Shown here in pieces: positions 30,622-40,563 of a DNA stretch of 52,690 nt. The translations under genes and the position numbers were made by a program. The notes under the pieces were generated by a model, which searched no databases, was not told where the DNA came from, and was given only the letters and a program-made list of their open reading frames with translations. The DNA is from Candidatus Bathyarchaeia archaeon. Its GTDB lineage: Archaea; Thermoproteota; Bathyarchaeia; Bathyarchaeales; Bathycorpusculaceae. The stretch lies in the NCBI GenBank assembly GCA_049970895.1, contig JBMFMB010000010.1:1-52690 (forward strand), given 5' to 3'. Within the stretch, counting starts at the first letter, position 1, and each line of letters opens with the position of its first letter.

Positions 30622-30750
30622 TTAAATCCTTCGGTTCAACGTTTGCGCCATATGTTGTATGCATTGATTCCAGCAGTAACGGCTACCCTTATACTCGCAG
30701 TTTTTGCGCTCCGGCATGTCAAAAAGTCTTGGCTTTCGACCTCTGCCCAA
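30622..30750 (-). CDS. Small Cys-containing ORF (42 aa), possibly decayed
   Basis: TTG start, MGRGRKPRLFDMPERKNCEYKGSRYCWNQCIQHMAQTLNRRI; TATA-like TATTTATG about 30 nt upstream. Confidence 0.4.
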   Translation of the reverse strand: MGRGRKPRLFDMPERKNCEYKGSRYCWNQCIQHMAQTLNRRI

Positions 30751-30809
30751 ATCCCCATTAGACAAGGGCTTTTTCCATAAATATACAGCGTATGGAAAGT
30801 TAAAAGTGT

Positions 30810-30887
30810 TGGTGGGGCTGCCCGGATTTGAACCGGGGTCCCGAGCGCCCGAGGCTCAGAGCCTAGACCAAGCTAGCCGACAGCCCC
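30810..30887 (-). tRNA. tRNA-Pro(CGG), intron-less, CCA encoded
   Basis: Reverse complement folds as a cloverleaf: acceptor GGGGCTG/CAGCCCC, anticodon arm TGAGC-CTCGGGC-GCTCG, T arm CCCGG-TTCAAAT-CCGGG, then ACCA. Confidence 0.95.
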
Positions 30888-30980
30888 AATTTTAGTTTTT
30901 GTGTAGGCTTAATAAAGGTGTTTTCTTAACCTTTAAACTCTTATCCGGGCATTAACTATCTACTGCTGAAAGGGGAGGGT

Positions 30981-33185
30981 TTGGAAGGCTTGTCCAGTCA
31001 GCATCAGCGTGTGCGGGGAATCCGAGTCTTGAAGGCTGTTTCTTCAGCTGTTAGGCTCAACATTTTAAGCGCCCTTTTCAATCACGGACAGCTTTCTTAC
31101 ACTGAGCTCATGAGCCTTTTGAAGATGAATCCCAGCCGTGATGCCGGACGTTTCGCCTATCATTTGAAGTTTTTGCTTAAGGCTGGTTTGATTGAGGCTG
31201 ATGTGGAGTCCAAGAAGTACGGCTTAACAGATTTGGGTAAGATGGTTATTGACGTGGCTGAGAAGATTGAAAAGCGAAGTTTAAAGGCGCAGAGAATCCT
31301 TGTTAGGACGTCTCGCTTCACCCTTGAAGAGTTTGACGCCACAAAAATTGCCAACAACCTCATTAAGGAGGCTAGTGTACCCCCGGAACTCGCCCAGAAA
31401 ATAGCCAAGGAGGCTGAAAAACGCCTCCTAAAGGCTAGGACACGCTATTTAACGGCTCCATTGATAAGGGAGGTTGTCAACGGAATACTAATCGAAAAGG
31501 GGTTGGAGGAGCACCGCCACAAACTCACCCGTTTGGGGCTGCCGGTGCATGATGTTTCAGCTTATCTACTAAAAGGCAAAGCCTTGGCTGATGCATCTTC
31601 TGCTTGCGAAGAGTTTGGAAGAAACGTCCTTGAGGAGTATACGCTCTTAAATGTGCTGCCAAGGGACATTGCAGACGCATACCTTTCGGGGGAAATCCAC
31701 CTACACGATTTAGGCTCTTGGATTTTGAAGCCAAGCGATGTAATTCACGATTTAAGATTCTTCATTAAAAATGGCATAAGCCCAAATCCCGCAAATATAT
31801 CCCTACCCTTCGTAAAACCTCCAAGAAGCCTTAGTTCCACCTTAAACCTAACTTTCAACGCTCTTTTGCGAGCATCTAAGGAAACTGATGGAACACAAGT
31901 GCTTGAGTACTTCAATGTCTTTTTGGCTCCTTTTCTGAAAGGCTTGGATGCAGCCGCCGTCGAGGAGGCTTTGAGGCTTTTTATTATCGGTGTTAGCCAT
32001 CATGTTAATGCTTCCATAAATCTTGAGTTGACGGTTCCAAAGTTTTTGGCTGATAAGCCAGCTGTTGGCTCCGCTGGTGGTTGTTATGGGGATTTCATCG
32101 ATGAAAGCCAGCTTCTAGCCACACTTGTGTTGGAGGTTTTTGAGGAAGAAAGCCTCGAAAAGCCGCTGTTAAATCCAAGACTCATAGTTAAGATTCGCCC
32201 AGAAACCTTCACAGACAATAAGGCTGCTGACATCCTTATTAAGGCGCACCGTCTAGCCTCTGAGAAAGGCATACCATACTTTGCAAATCTTTCAGGCGAA
32301 GATGAACAGTTTTCAGTTTTCTGCCCGTCTGGAAGCATCCTAAATGCAGACTTTAAAGAAGACTGGGAAATCGACACGGTCCGCACTGGCGTTTTAGGAC
32401 TGGTAACCGTTAACTTGCCAAGAATAGCATACGAATGCGGCAAGGATAAGGAAAAGCTATTTGCACTTTTAAGGGAAAGATTTGAAATGGCTGTAAGAGC
32501 CTTAGAAATAAAGTACAAAGCCTTAAAACAGCGTGGAAAGAATTTTCTCCCATTTTTGACCCATTCAGCTAATGGCGACCAATATTTCAGAGTTGAAAAT
32601 GCTGCACGTCTAATAAATCTGGTTGGGTTAAGGGAAGCCTCAGAAACCCTCAGCGGAAAAAGCTTATACGAGGACGAAAGCCCGCAAAGGCTTGCTTTTG
32701 AAATCGTGAAAAAGGTTTTAGAATTCATACCAAAAAGTGGAAGACGCGAGAGAAGGCTACTTCCATCCGCTCTGCATTATACTGATGTTTCTGAAAGGCT
32801 GGCCAAACAGGACATCGAAAGGTTCGGTGTCGCAAGAGTGCGCTTCCACGGAACAAGGGAAAAACCGTACTATTCAACATATAGCCGAATAAACCTCCAA
32901 AACTGGGAAAAAACATCAAGAATTTTAGCTGTTGAGAAAGAACTTTATGCATCACTCGTCGGTGGAAACTTAACAGTTCTAGAGCTGGAACAGGCCGAAT
33001 ACGCACCAGAAGCACTTTTCTCATTTACTAAGAAGCTTGTTGAAGCCTACAAGCTAGGATTTTTCACGTATAATCGCTGCTTAACTTACTGCAGTCAGTG
33101 CCACAAAACATGGTTTGGCACGCTACAAAAATGTCCCATATGCGGTTCCGTTGGCACGCTAACAGCCTTCACACGCTTTCAGTAA
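30981..33185 (+). CDS. Winged-HTH + ATP-cone + degenerate class III ribonucleotide reductase (NrdD-like) fusion protein
   Basis: ArsR-like N-terminus (RLNIL...LSYTELM...FAYHLKFL...YGLTDLG), ATP-cone (VRTSRFTLEEFD...LIREVV), NrdD motifs (HLHDL, FNVFLAPF, TVNLPRIA, C-terminal CxxC/CxxC) but no RxxGY. Confidence 0.88.
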   Translation: MEGLSSQHQRVRGIRVLKAVSSAVRLNILSALFNHGQLSYTELMSLLKMNPSRDAGRFAYHLKFLLKAGLIEADVESKKYGLTDLGKMVIDVAEKIEKRSLKAQRILVRTSRFTLEEFDATKIANNLIKEASVPPELAQKIAKEAEKRLLKARTRYLTAPLIREVVNGILIEKGLEEHRHKLTRLGLPVHDVSAYLLKGKALADASSACEEFGRNVLEEYTLLNVLPRDIADAYLSGEIHLHDLGSWILKPSDVIHDLRFFIKNGISPNPANISLPFVKPPRSLSSTLNLTFNALLRASKETDGTQVLEYFNVFLAPFLKGLDAAAVEEALRLFIIGVSHHVNASINLELTVPKFLADKPAVGSAGGCYGDFIDESQLLATLVLEVFEEESLEKPLLNPRLIVKIRPETFTDNKAADILIKAHRLASEKGIPYFANLSGEDEQFSVFCPSGSILNADFKEDWEIDTVRTGVLGLVTVNLPRIAYECGKDKEKLFALLRERFEMAVRALEIKYKALKQRGKNFLPFLTHSANGDQYFRVENAARLINLVGLREASETLSGKSLYEDESPQRLAFEIVKKVLEFIPKSGRRERRLLPSALHYTDVSERLAKQDIERFGVARVRFHGTREKPYYSTYSRINLQNWEKTSRILAVEKELYASLVGGNLTVLELEQAEYAPEALFSFTKKLVEAYKLGFFTYNRCLTYCSQCHKTWFGTLQKCPICGSVGTLTAFTRFQ

Positions 33186-33191
33186 CCTCTG

Positions 33192-34124
<933 letters not shown>

Positions 34125-34258
34125 TTAGACAAGCGACGGGTTCTCCTTAAATAACTTTTTATCAAAACGCCTAAGAGTGGTGGAAAACTATAGAAGAGAG
34201 AGGCTATCCAATTTAGCAGTCCACGAGCTGTTAAAATTGAAGCGCGAGTGCTTCTAAG

Positions 34259-34279
34259 GAGATAAAAACCTTTTATCTC
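34259..34279. promoter_or_regulatory. Perfect inverted repeat between divergent pyrB and pyrI
   Basis: GAGATAAAA-ACC-TTTTATCTC, overlapping the likely pyrI TATA region. Confidence 0.5.
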
Positions 34280-34304
34280 TGCGCCGACAATACCGTTTTG
34301 ACTG

Positions 34305-34787
34305 GTGAGCGAGCATATGAGCGAAAGCGAAACAATGCTTTATGTTTCAAAAATTAAGGATGGAACAGTCATAGATCACATAACTGGCGGGCACGCTTTA
34401 GACGTTATTAAGATTTTGGGGATAACGGGTAAGGAGAAGCGCATAATCACCATAGCCATAAACGTTCCAAGCAGACGGTTTAAGGTTAAGGACATTGTCA
34501 AAATTGAGGGAAGGGAACTCAAACCAGAAGAGGTTCACAAAATCGCCCTTTTGGCACCCCATGCAACAATAAACATCATCAGAAACTACAACGTTGTGGA
34601 GAAGCAGCGGGTTAAGCTTCCAAACGTTATTGAGGGCATTCTTAAGTGTGCTAATCCGGCTTGTATAAGCAACAGCAACGAGCCGGTCCAATCAAAATTT
34701 TATGTTAAAAGTGAGGAACCTCTAATCTTGAAGTGCCATTATTGCGGCTATATCATGGAGAAAAGCGACGTTTTGAAGCAATTTTAA
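34305..34787 (+). CDS. pyrI: Aspartate carbamoyltransferase regulatory subunit
   Basis: GTVIDHI, KDIVKIE, CANPACIS and CHYC motifs. Confidence 0.97.
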   Translation: MSEHMSESETMLYVSKIKDGTVIDHITGGHALDVIKILGITGKEKRIITIAINVPSRRFKVKDIVKIEGRELKPEEVHKIALLAPHATINIIRNYNVVEKQRVKLPNVIEGILKCANPACISNSNEPVQSKFYVKSEEPLILKCHYCGYIMEKSDVLKQF

Positions 34788-34913
34788 AGCCTTTCTAACG
34801 TATGTTCTGTTTTTGAGATAATGCTTATATCGTAAGATGTGATATTTCAAAAGTAGATATATCAATAAAAGGACATATTGAATATCCGTCGAACAAAATA
34901 CATATGGTGAAAA

Positions 34914-35222
34914 ATGATTGAAATAATAGCCATAACATTATGGGTTGGCTTCACCGCCTACGCCATATGGTATTTCACATCAGCAAAACATTATGCGCCC
35001 CTAACACCAAGTGAGGCGGGGCTTCTTTGGAAGATTCATAAGCAAACAGCAAAGTGCGACTCAAAAAGATGGCGGGAAATTCGCCGCGGCAGAAAAATTG
35101 TAGGTTTTGCTTGTGAATGTGGTTTTAGGTATATGCAGAAGCGCCCAATAGTGGCAGGCACACCACAGCCGGTTGTAAAGCAGTCTGCGACGACAATTTA
35201 TCAGAAACTGCATAGGGCATAA
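34914..35222 (+). CDS. Hypothetical membrane-anchored protein with a possible metal-binding site
   Basis: N-terminal TM helix followed by H...C...CECG; GGTGA Shine-Dalgarno-like sequence upstream. Confidence 0.65.
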   Translation: MIEIIAITLWVGFTAYAIWYFTSAKHYAPLTPSEAGLLWKIHKQTAKCDSKRWREIRRGRKIVGFACECGFRYMQKRPIVAGTPQPVVKQSATTIYQKLHRA

Positions 35223-35721
35223 GACAAAACAGAATCGCCATCCTTTCGTATTTTTGAATTTTTAAACCAGCCGTTCTAAGTTTTGGACATTGTTAAAACA
35301 TTTATAGATGGAAGGCTTGCAAGATTGATTTGCGGGAAGTCTTAGAAAGAAAATTGGATATGGAAATAGAAAGATGGCAAAAGTTCGAAGCCACACCCTC
35401 AATAGCCTTTTGTCTTCCATCTGAAAAATCAATTTAGTTTTTGTCGCTTTCAATTGTGCGTCTTTTTCTGTCTGTGCAGTTCTTTTTCCGTTTGAGTCAA
35501 AGGTATTTTGAAATGGGGCCATTATTGCAAATGCTTAAGCGTGCTGCCCTTGCCTTAACATCGATTGTCATCTTATTCTCTTTGCTAAATAGTTGTGGGC
35601 AAAATTTGGCGGGTATAGTCCCCAAAAAGGTGGTTTTGAAATGTTGACGGTGAGGGCATACGCTGTTGTTGATGTGGACAATTCATGGGTTTACAAGTTA
35701 ACATAACAGCGGATAGCTTTC

Positions 35722-37317
35722 TTACTTCGCGAGGCTTTTTAGAATTAGTCCGCCTTCAACCATTGCTTTCAGTTTTTCTATGTCTGGGTTTAATGGTCTG
35801 TCCTCTGTTAGTGGTGGCACAACCTCCCTTATTTTTCTGTAGGCTTTCCTTGTTCCCTTTCCTAGTTTTTCTGGTCCTCGGATGTCTATTGCTTGGGCTG
35901 CGCAGAGAAGTTCTATGGCCACTATATATTCCGTGTTCTCAAGGATTTGCATGGCTTTTTGGGCGGCTATTGTTCCCATGCTTACGAAGTCTTCGAAGTT
36001 TGCCGATGTTGGTATCGAGTCTGCACATGCTGGGTGTGCCAAAACCTTGTTTTCCGAGGCTAGGGCTGCCGCCGTGTATTGGGCTGTCATCAATCCACAG
36101 TTCAAGCCCCTCTTTGCTTGTGGCGGTATCAGGAAGGGCGGCAAGCCATTGTTCAGTTTTTCGTCTAGGAGGCAGGATATTCGCCTTTCCGAAATGTTGC
36201 CTACCATTGTTAGGGCTATTCCGAGGGTGTCCATTGCCAGTGCTATTGGCTGCCCATGGAAGTTTCCTCCAGAAAAGCATCCGCCAGTTTCTGGAAATAT
36301 AAGCGGGTTGTCTGTTGCCGAGTTTATTTCCACCTCAACCACTTTTCTCGCATATGTTATGGCGTCTCTTGCCGCACCGAGGACTTGGGGTGTGCACCTC
36401 AAACTATAAACGTCGTGGGGACGCCCAAATTTCGCCATCGCCTTCTCTCCCGTCTGGACGAGTTTGCTTCCAGCGATCAGCTCCCTCAATTTTTTGGCTG
36501 TTATGCCTTGCCCAGCGTGGGGTCTAGCTTGGTGAATCTTCTCGTTTAAGGCGTCTGAAACTCCCAGCAGCGCCTCCATTGTTAGGGCTGAGGCTACCTC
36601 AGCTGTTTCCATTAGGTTTTCTGCTCTGTGGATTGTTAGGGCGGCTATGGCGGTCATTATTTGTGTTCCGTTGTTTAGGGCTATGCCCTCCTTAAAATCC
36701 AGTTGGACTGGCTTTATTCCAGCCTTTTCCATGGCTTCCTTTCCACTCATTATTTTGCCTTTGTATTCTGCTTCGCCCTCGCCCATGAGAACAAGAACCA
36801 TGTGGGATAAGGGCGCCAGGTCTCCGCTTGCGCCCACACTGCCCTTTGCGGGTATTATTGGGTGGACGCCCTTGTTCAGCATCTCCACCAGGGTTTCGAG
36901 GGTTTCTAGGCGGATGCCAGAATATCCCTTAGCCAATGTGTTCGCCCTCAAAAGCATGGCCGCCCTAACAATTTCTGTGCTTAATGGTTTGCCGACACCG
37001 GCGGCGTGGCTTCTAATAAGGTTTTCTTGAAGCTGTCTAAGCTCTTGTTTAGGAATTCTGGCGTCGCTTAGGGCTCCAAAACCAGTGTTTACACCGTATA
37101 TTACTTTACCCTTTTCCAAAATTTTCTCCAGAAATTCTCGGCATTCCTTCACTTTGGCTTTGACTTTTTCCGGGATGACAACTTTAGCCTCGTTATGCGC
37201 AACTTTAACCACGTCTTCTATGGTTAGGGTTTCCCCGTCTATTTGCACCGTATGCATAAAGCTCTCCATAGTAAAGGCTGGTTTTAGAAGATTTAATTCT
37301 TTAGACGAGGAATCCAC
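35722..37317 (-). CDS. hutH: Histidine ammonia-lyase
   Basis: YGVNTGFG, LIRSHAAG (HAL-type SH), GASGDLAPL (MIO), YSLRC and GGNFHG motifs. Confidence 0.95.
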   Translation of the reverse strand: MDSSSKELNLLKPAFTMESFMHTVQIDGETLTIEDVVKVAHNEAKVVIPEKVKAKVKECREFLEKILEKGKVIYGVNTGFGALSDARIPKQELRQLQENLIRSHAAGVGKPLSTEIVRAAMLLRANTLAKGYSGIRLETLETLVEMLNKGVHPIIPAKGSVGASGDLAPLSHMVLVLMGEGEAEYKGKIMSGKEAMEKAGIKPVQLDFKEGIALNNGTQIMTAIAALTIHRAENLMETAEVASALTMEALLGVSDALNEKIHQARPHAGQGITAKKLRELIAGSKLVQTGEKAMAKFGRPHDVYSLRCTPQVLGAARDAITYARKVVEVEINSATDNPLIFPETGGCFSGGNFHGQPIALAMDTLGIALTMVGNISERRISCLLDEKLNNGLPPFLIPPQAKRGLNCGLMTAQYTAAALASENKVLAHPACADSIPTSANFEDFVSMGTIAAQKAMQILENTEYIVAIELLCAAQAIDIRGPEKLGKGTRKAYRKIREVVPPLTEDRPLNPDIEKLKAMVEGGLILKSLAK

Positions 37318-37325
37318 ATTTTAGC

Positions 37326-37742
37326 CTAGATTTTAAAAATTTTGCTCTTGATTCTCATGATCAATATTTCGAACAGTAGAATGACTATAGAAAACAAGAA
37401 TACCGCAAACTGCCAGTTTGCTGGTCCTGCAACTGAGCTTAGTTGTATTATTTTGGCTATTAGGAAGGCGAAGGCTAACATCACTCGGTTAAGGATGTAG
37501 GGTAAAGCCAACGAGATGAATACCAAAAATATTCCTACACCTAAATAGTAGTAGCTTAACCTACGTGCGTAAACTTTGAGGACGAAGAAGACCTTTAAAT
37601 CCACGACTCCAAGGCTGCTTCCATTGCCTATTGCTTTTAGAATACATCTGAATTTTTGTATACGTTCAAAAGCTTCGTCTATGATTATTAGGCTTAAACC
37701 TGCTAGGGCTGCGAATATTGTTAGTCCAAATCCCCTTCCCAC
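37326..37742 (-). CDS. Hypothetical membrane protein, possibly a 5'-truncated remnant
   Basis: Hydrophobic ORF; the frame stays open well upstream of the called start without an ATG. Confidence 0.4.
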   Translation of the reverse strand: MGRGFGLTIFAALAGLSLIIIDEAFERIQKFRCILKAIGNGSSLGVVDLKVFFVLKVYARRLSYYYLGVGIFLVFISLALPYILNRVMLAFAFLIAKIIQLSSVAGPANWQFAVFLFSIVILLFEILIMRIKSKIFKI

Positions 37743-37939
37743 CAGTATGAATGAGGCTAGTGAGGCCGCAAAAGAGGTGAAACCCGCAACTAGTGCCCCA
37801 AGAGGAAGGTAACCATGGATTATTTTTCTCTGTTCTAGATATGGATTGAAAACGACGAAGGTTTTGTTGTCGTATGGGGATAAACTTTTATATGCTTCGT
37901 TAATGTGGATTATAGTTTGAAATGCTGTAAGGTGCTGTT

Positions 37940-38179
37940 ATGGAGCCTAGTAAAAAACCTTTGAATGTCCTTGTTAAGCAGCTGAACGCCAATATTGCTG
38001 TTGTTTTGAAGAATGGTTGTGAGTATAGGGGTAAGATGGTTAAGTGTGATGGGCACATGAATATTCTCTTGGAAGGGGCTACTGAGTGTAGGGATGACCA
38101 GCCCATAGCCAATTATGGTAGTGTTTTGCTTAGAGGAAACAATATCCTCTATATTGTTTTGGATGCTCTTAAAAAGTAG
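37940..38179 (+). CDS. Sm-like (LSM) archaeal RNA-binding protein
   Basis: Sm1 motif (GKMVKCDGHMNILL) and Sm2 motif (LLRGNNI). Confidence 0.92.
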   Translation: MEPSKKPLNVLVKQLNANIAVVLKNGCEYRGKMVKCDGHMNILLEGATECRDDQPIANYGSVLLRGNNILYIVLDALKK

Positions 38180-39068
38180 GTTTTTGTGTTTTACCAGTTA
38201 CGTAGGCTATTGCCTTGTTCACGTCTGCTTCTTTTAGCAGGTGTTTTCTTTTGAAGAAGGTGATTATGTTTTCTATGTCCCGTTTTAAGAGTTGTTGGGC
38301 GTTGGAGTGTTCTTTTGTGACGTATTGGGGCCAGTCTATTATTAGGATGTGGTTGTCTGGTTTTAGGATTATGTTGTATTCGCTTAGGTCCGCGTGGATT
38401 ATTCCGGCTTTGGTGTAGGCTTTTCTTATGTTGCGGAGGATTTCGCCTAGCACTTTTTCTGGTTTTTGGATTTCTCGGCATTCGGCTAGTTCTGCTCCCT
38501 CTATGGCGCCCATGGCTATGGCATGGCGGTTTTGGCTTATGGGTTTTGGAACTGCGACGCCTTTTGGGTATACAAGCCTTAATGCTTCGTATTCCCTTTC
38601 TGCTGCTTTCCTTGAGCGTAGAAGCCAGTTGACGTCTTCTGTTGTCCATCCGCGTTTTCTTCTTGTTTGGCGGAAGCTTATTCTTCCTAGGCGATGGAAT
38701 TTTATGGCTATGCGTTCTCTCTGTGGTGTTAAAGCGTCATAAACGTCTGCCTCTTTTCCTACGCCTAGGGGTTTGCCGAAGGCTTCTAGGATTCCGGCTT
38801 TTACGAAGGCATTTATCGCCAAACAGTCGTAGCCAGCATAGTTTAGTGCATAGCCTTGGTAGGGCTGTTTTGTTTGGCGTATGAGGCGGAACTTGTGGAG
38901 TTTGTCCAGCCTAAAGGTGGTTTCTTCCTCATTGAATTTTGAGAATTTTACTATGAGTTCTTTTGGGACGAATTCGTGTTTTGCCATGGCTACTTCTATG
39001 ACTTGGAGTATGCGGAGGTCTTGGCTTTCCAGTTTTTTGTAGGCTTGGACTGCTGTTTCAGCTGACAT
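38169..39068 (-). CDS. rio2: RIO2 serine/threonine kinase
   Basis: N-terminal wHTH, GVGKEADVY, KFHRLGRISF, IHADLSEYN and IDWPQ motifs. Confidence 0.94.
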   Translation of the reverse strand: MSAETAVQAYKKLESQDLRILQVIEVAMAKHEFVPKELIVKFSKFNEEETTFRLDKLHKFRLIRQTKQPYQGYALNYAGYDCLAINAFVKAGILEAFGKPLGVGKEADVYDALTPQRERIAIKFHRLGRISFRQTRRKRGWTTEDVNWLLRSRKAAEREYEALRLVYPKGVAVPKPISQNRHAIAMGAIEGAELAECREIQKPEKVLGEILRNIRKAYTKAGIIHADLSEYNIILKPDNHILIIDWPQYVTKEHSNAQQLLKRDIENIITFFKRKHLLKEADVNKAIAYVTGKTQKPTF

Positions 39069-39102
39069 TCAATGTTAAATACTTTGGTTTTGTTAATAAG
39101 CT

Positions 39103-40029
39103 ATGCATGCCGGGTGGTGGCGCACTGCTGTGAACAGTGCTAAGGCGAAGTTGCATGTTCATGTTCGCAAGGCTTGTGAGGCTGATAGGGAGGCTGTTTT
39201 CGATTTTTGTAGGCATACTTGGAGTTGGGGCGATTATATTCCCCATGTTTGGGATAGGTGGCTTAGGGAGGAGAACGGAAAGGTTTTTGTAGCTACTTTG
39301 GATGGTTTGCCTGTTGGCATACAGCACATAACTATTGACAAGCCTGGTGAGGCTTGGCTCAGCGGTGCGAGAACTGCCCCAAATTATAGGCGGATGGGCG
39401 TTGCAACCGCCATAACCATGAAATGCCTTGAATATGCGAAAAGCAGAGGCGTCAGAGTAGCTCGTCTTGTCATTGAATACGACAATTTGGCGGCTTTGGC
39501 TGCTGTTCAGAAGATGGGGTTTAAACCGGTTGCAGAATTCTTGGAGATGACTCTTGAAAGGGTTTTGGGTGGATATGGTGGCGGTGGGGCTTCATGTTGG
39601 GCGAGCCCAAGCCATTTAGACTCTGTTTGGCTTTATCTTCAGTCTTCAGAAGTTTACCGTAGGGCTGCCGGTTTATACACTGTTCTTTACCACTAGTATT
39701 CTTTGGATAGGCATGATATGGAAGGCTTTGTTAGGCGGGAAAAGCCATAACAAAAAATGGTGAGGATGGCACTGTTTGTGGTTTGGTTTTGGTGGATGAT
39801 ACGGTTTCCAGCGAGTGGCGTGAAAACTCCATCCAAACATGCTACATAGACGGGAGACTTTTGGGCTGTGCTGGATATGGCAAGTTTTCTTTTGGCACAC
39901 TGCCAAGAAAAGGGTGTGGAGAAGGTTTATGGTTTCACATGCAACCATCCACCCATAACAGAAGCCCTGGAAAGGCTTGGCTTCAAAAAGCCTGAAACAA
40001 AAGCCATAGTCTTCGAAAAAAGTCTATAA
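39103..40029 (+). pseudogene. GNAT acetyltransferase pseudogene
   Basis: Intact N-terminal GNAT domain (YRRMGVA), in-frame TAG at 39694-39696, then two frameshifts; last piece ...ALERLGFKKPETKAIVFEKSL ends at 40029. Confidence 0.75.
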
Positions 40030-40086
40030 ACGCCAAATCTGCTGAACAAAGTCATATTTGTGCTTTTCGAACAGCCACAAAACACT

Positions 40087-40201
40087 ACCCTCTAGATTTT
40101 GGCAAACTCAGAAAATGGAGCAACCGCCAACCCTATTTTCTATAACCCCTCTCTAGAATTTTTGACTTGCAAAAAGCCAATAACAGCCCACCCTCTAGAT
40201 T
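40087..40201. repeat. Three spaced CTCTAGA-core direct repeats
   Basis: ACCCTCTAGATT at 40087-40098 and 40190-40201, with variant CCCCTCTCTAGAATT at 40146-40160. Confidence 0.6.
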
Positions 40202-40224
40202 CAAAAAGTTTTAAGTTTGTTTGA

Positions 40225-40559
40225 TGCAATGAAAGGAGGTTTGTTGCGGTAACAGAGTTTACAGGTGAGTATTTTTATAGCGAAGAAGACCTCGGGTGGA
40301 CAAAAGGAGGGAGTAAATATCTGTTCCCTTATCGAATTAAGTTTAAGATCATCCACAAAAGCAAAAATCCGCCAAGAATATCCTTCTCAACCGAAGAAGA
40401 GGGCAATAAAGCTAAATGATTAAACCAAACTTAATAGACGACATTGTTTTCATTGTGAATAAAGGAAAAACATGGAATCAATATCTCCAAGTTTCTATAA
40501 TAAGTATAACGGAAGAAGATTTTAATACGATACATAACGCCATTATGAAGGCACTATAA
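40225..40559 (+). pseudogene. 5'-truncated, frameshifted EVE-domain gene remnant
   Basis: FVAVTEFTGEYFYSEEDLGW...LFPYRIKF..., a stop/frameshift near 40417, then LIDDIVFIVNKGKTWNQYLQVSIISITEEDFNTI. Confidence 0.65.
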
Positions 40560-40563
40560 ATCG

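Noticed and set aside
30810-30887. tRNA-Pro as an integration site for a mobile element
   Set aside because: No integrase nearby and no duplicated tRNA 3' end noticed in the window.
30981-33185. Calling the 734-aa ORF a functional nrdD
   Set aside because: The glycyl-radical motif and catalytic loops are missing, so no gene symbol was given.
35223-35721. About 500-bp gap between the small membrane gene and hutH, with short ORFs including a MazG-like snippet (KIDLREVLERKL)
   Set aside because: The fragments are too short and inconsistent to assign; probably decayed sequence.
40087-40201. CTCTAGA boxes as origin recognition boxes
   Set aside because: They do not match the ORB consensus (TCCA..GAAAC with a G-string) and no cdc6/orc1 gene is adjacent.
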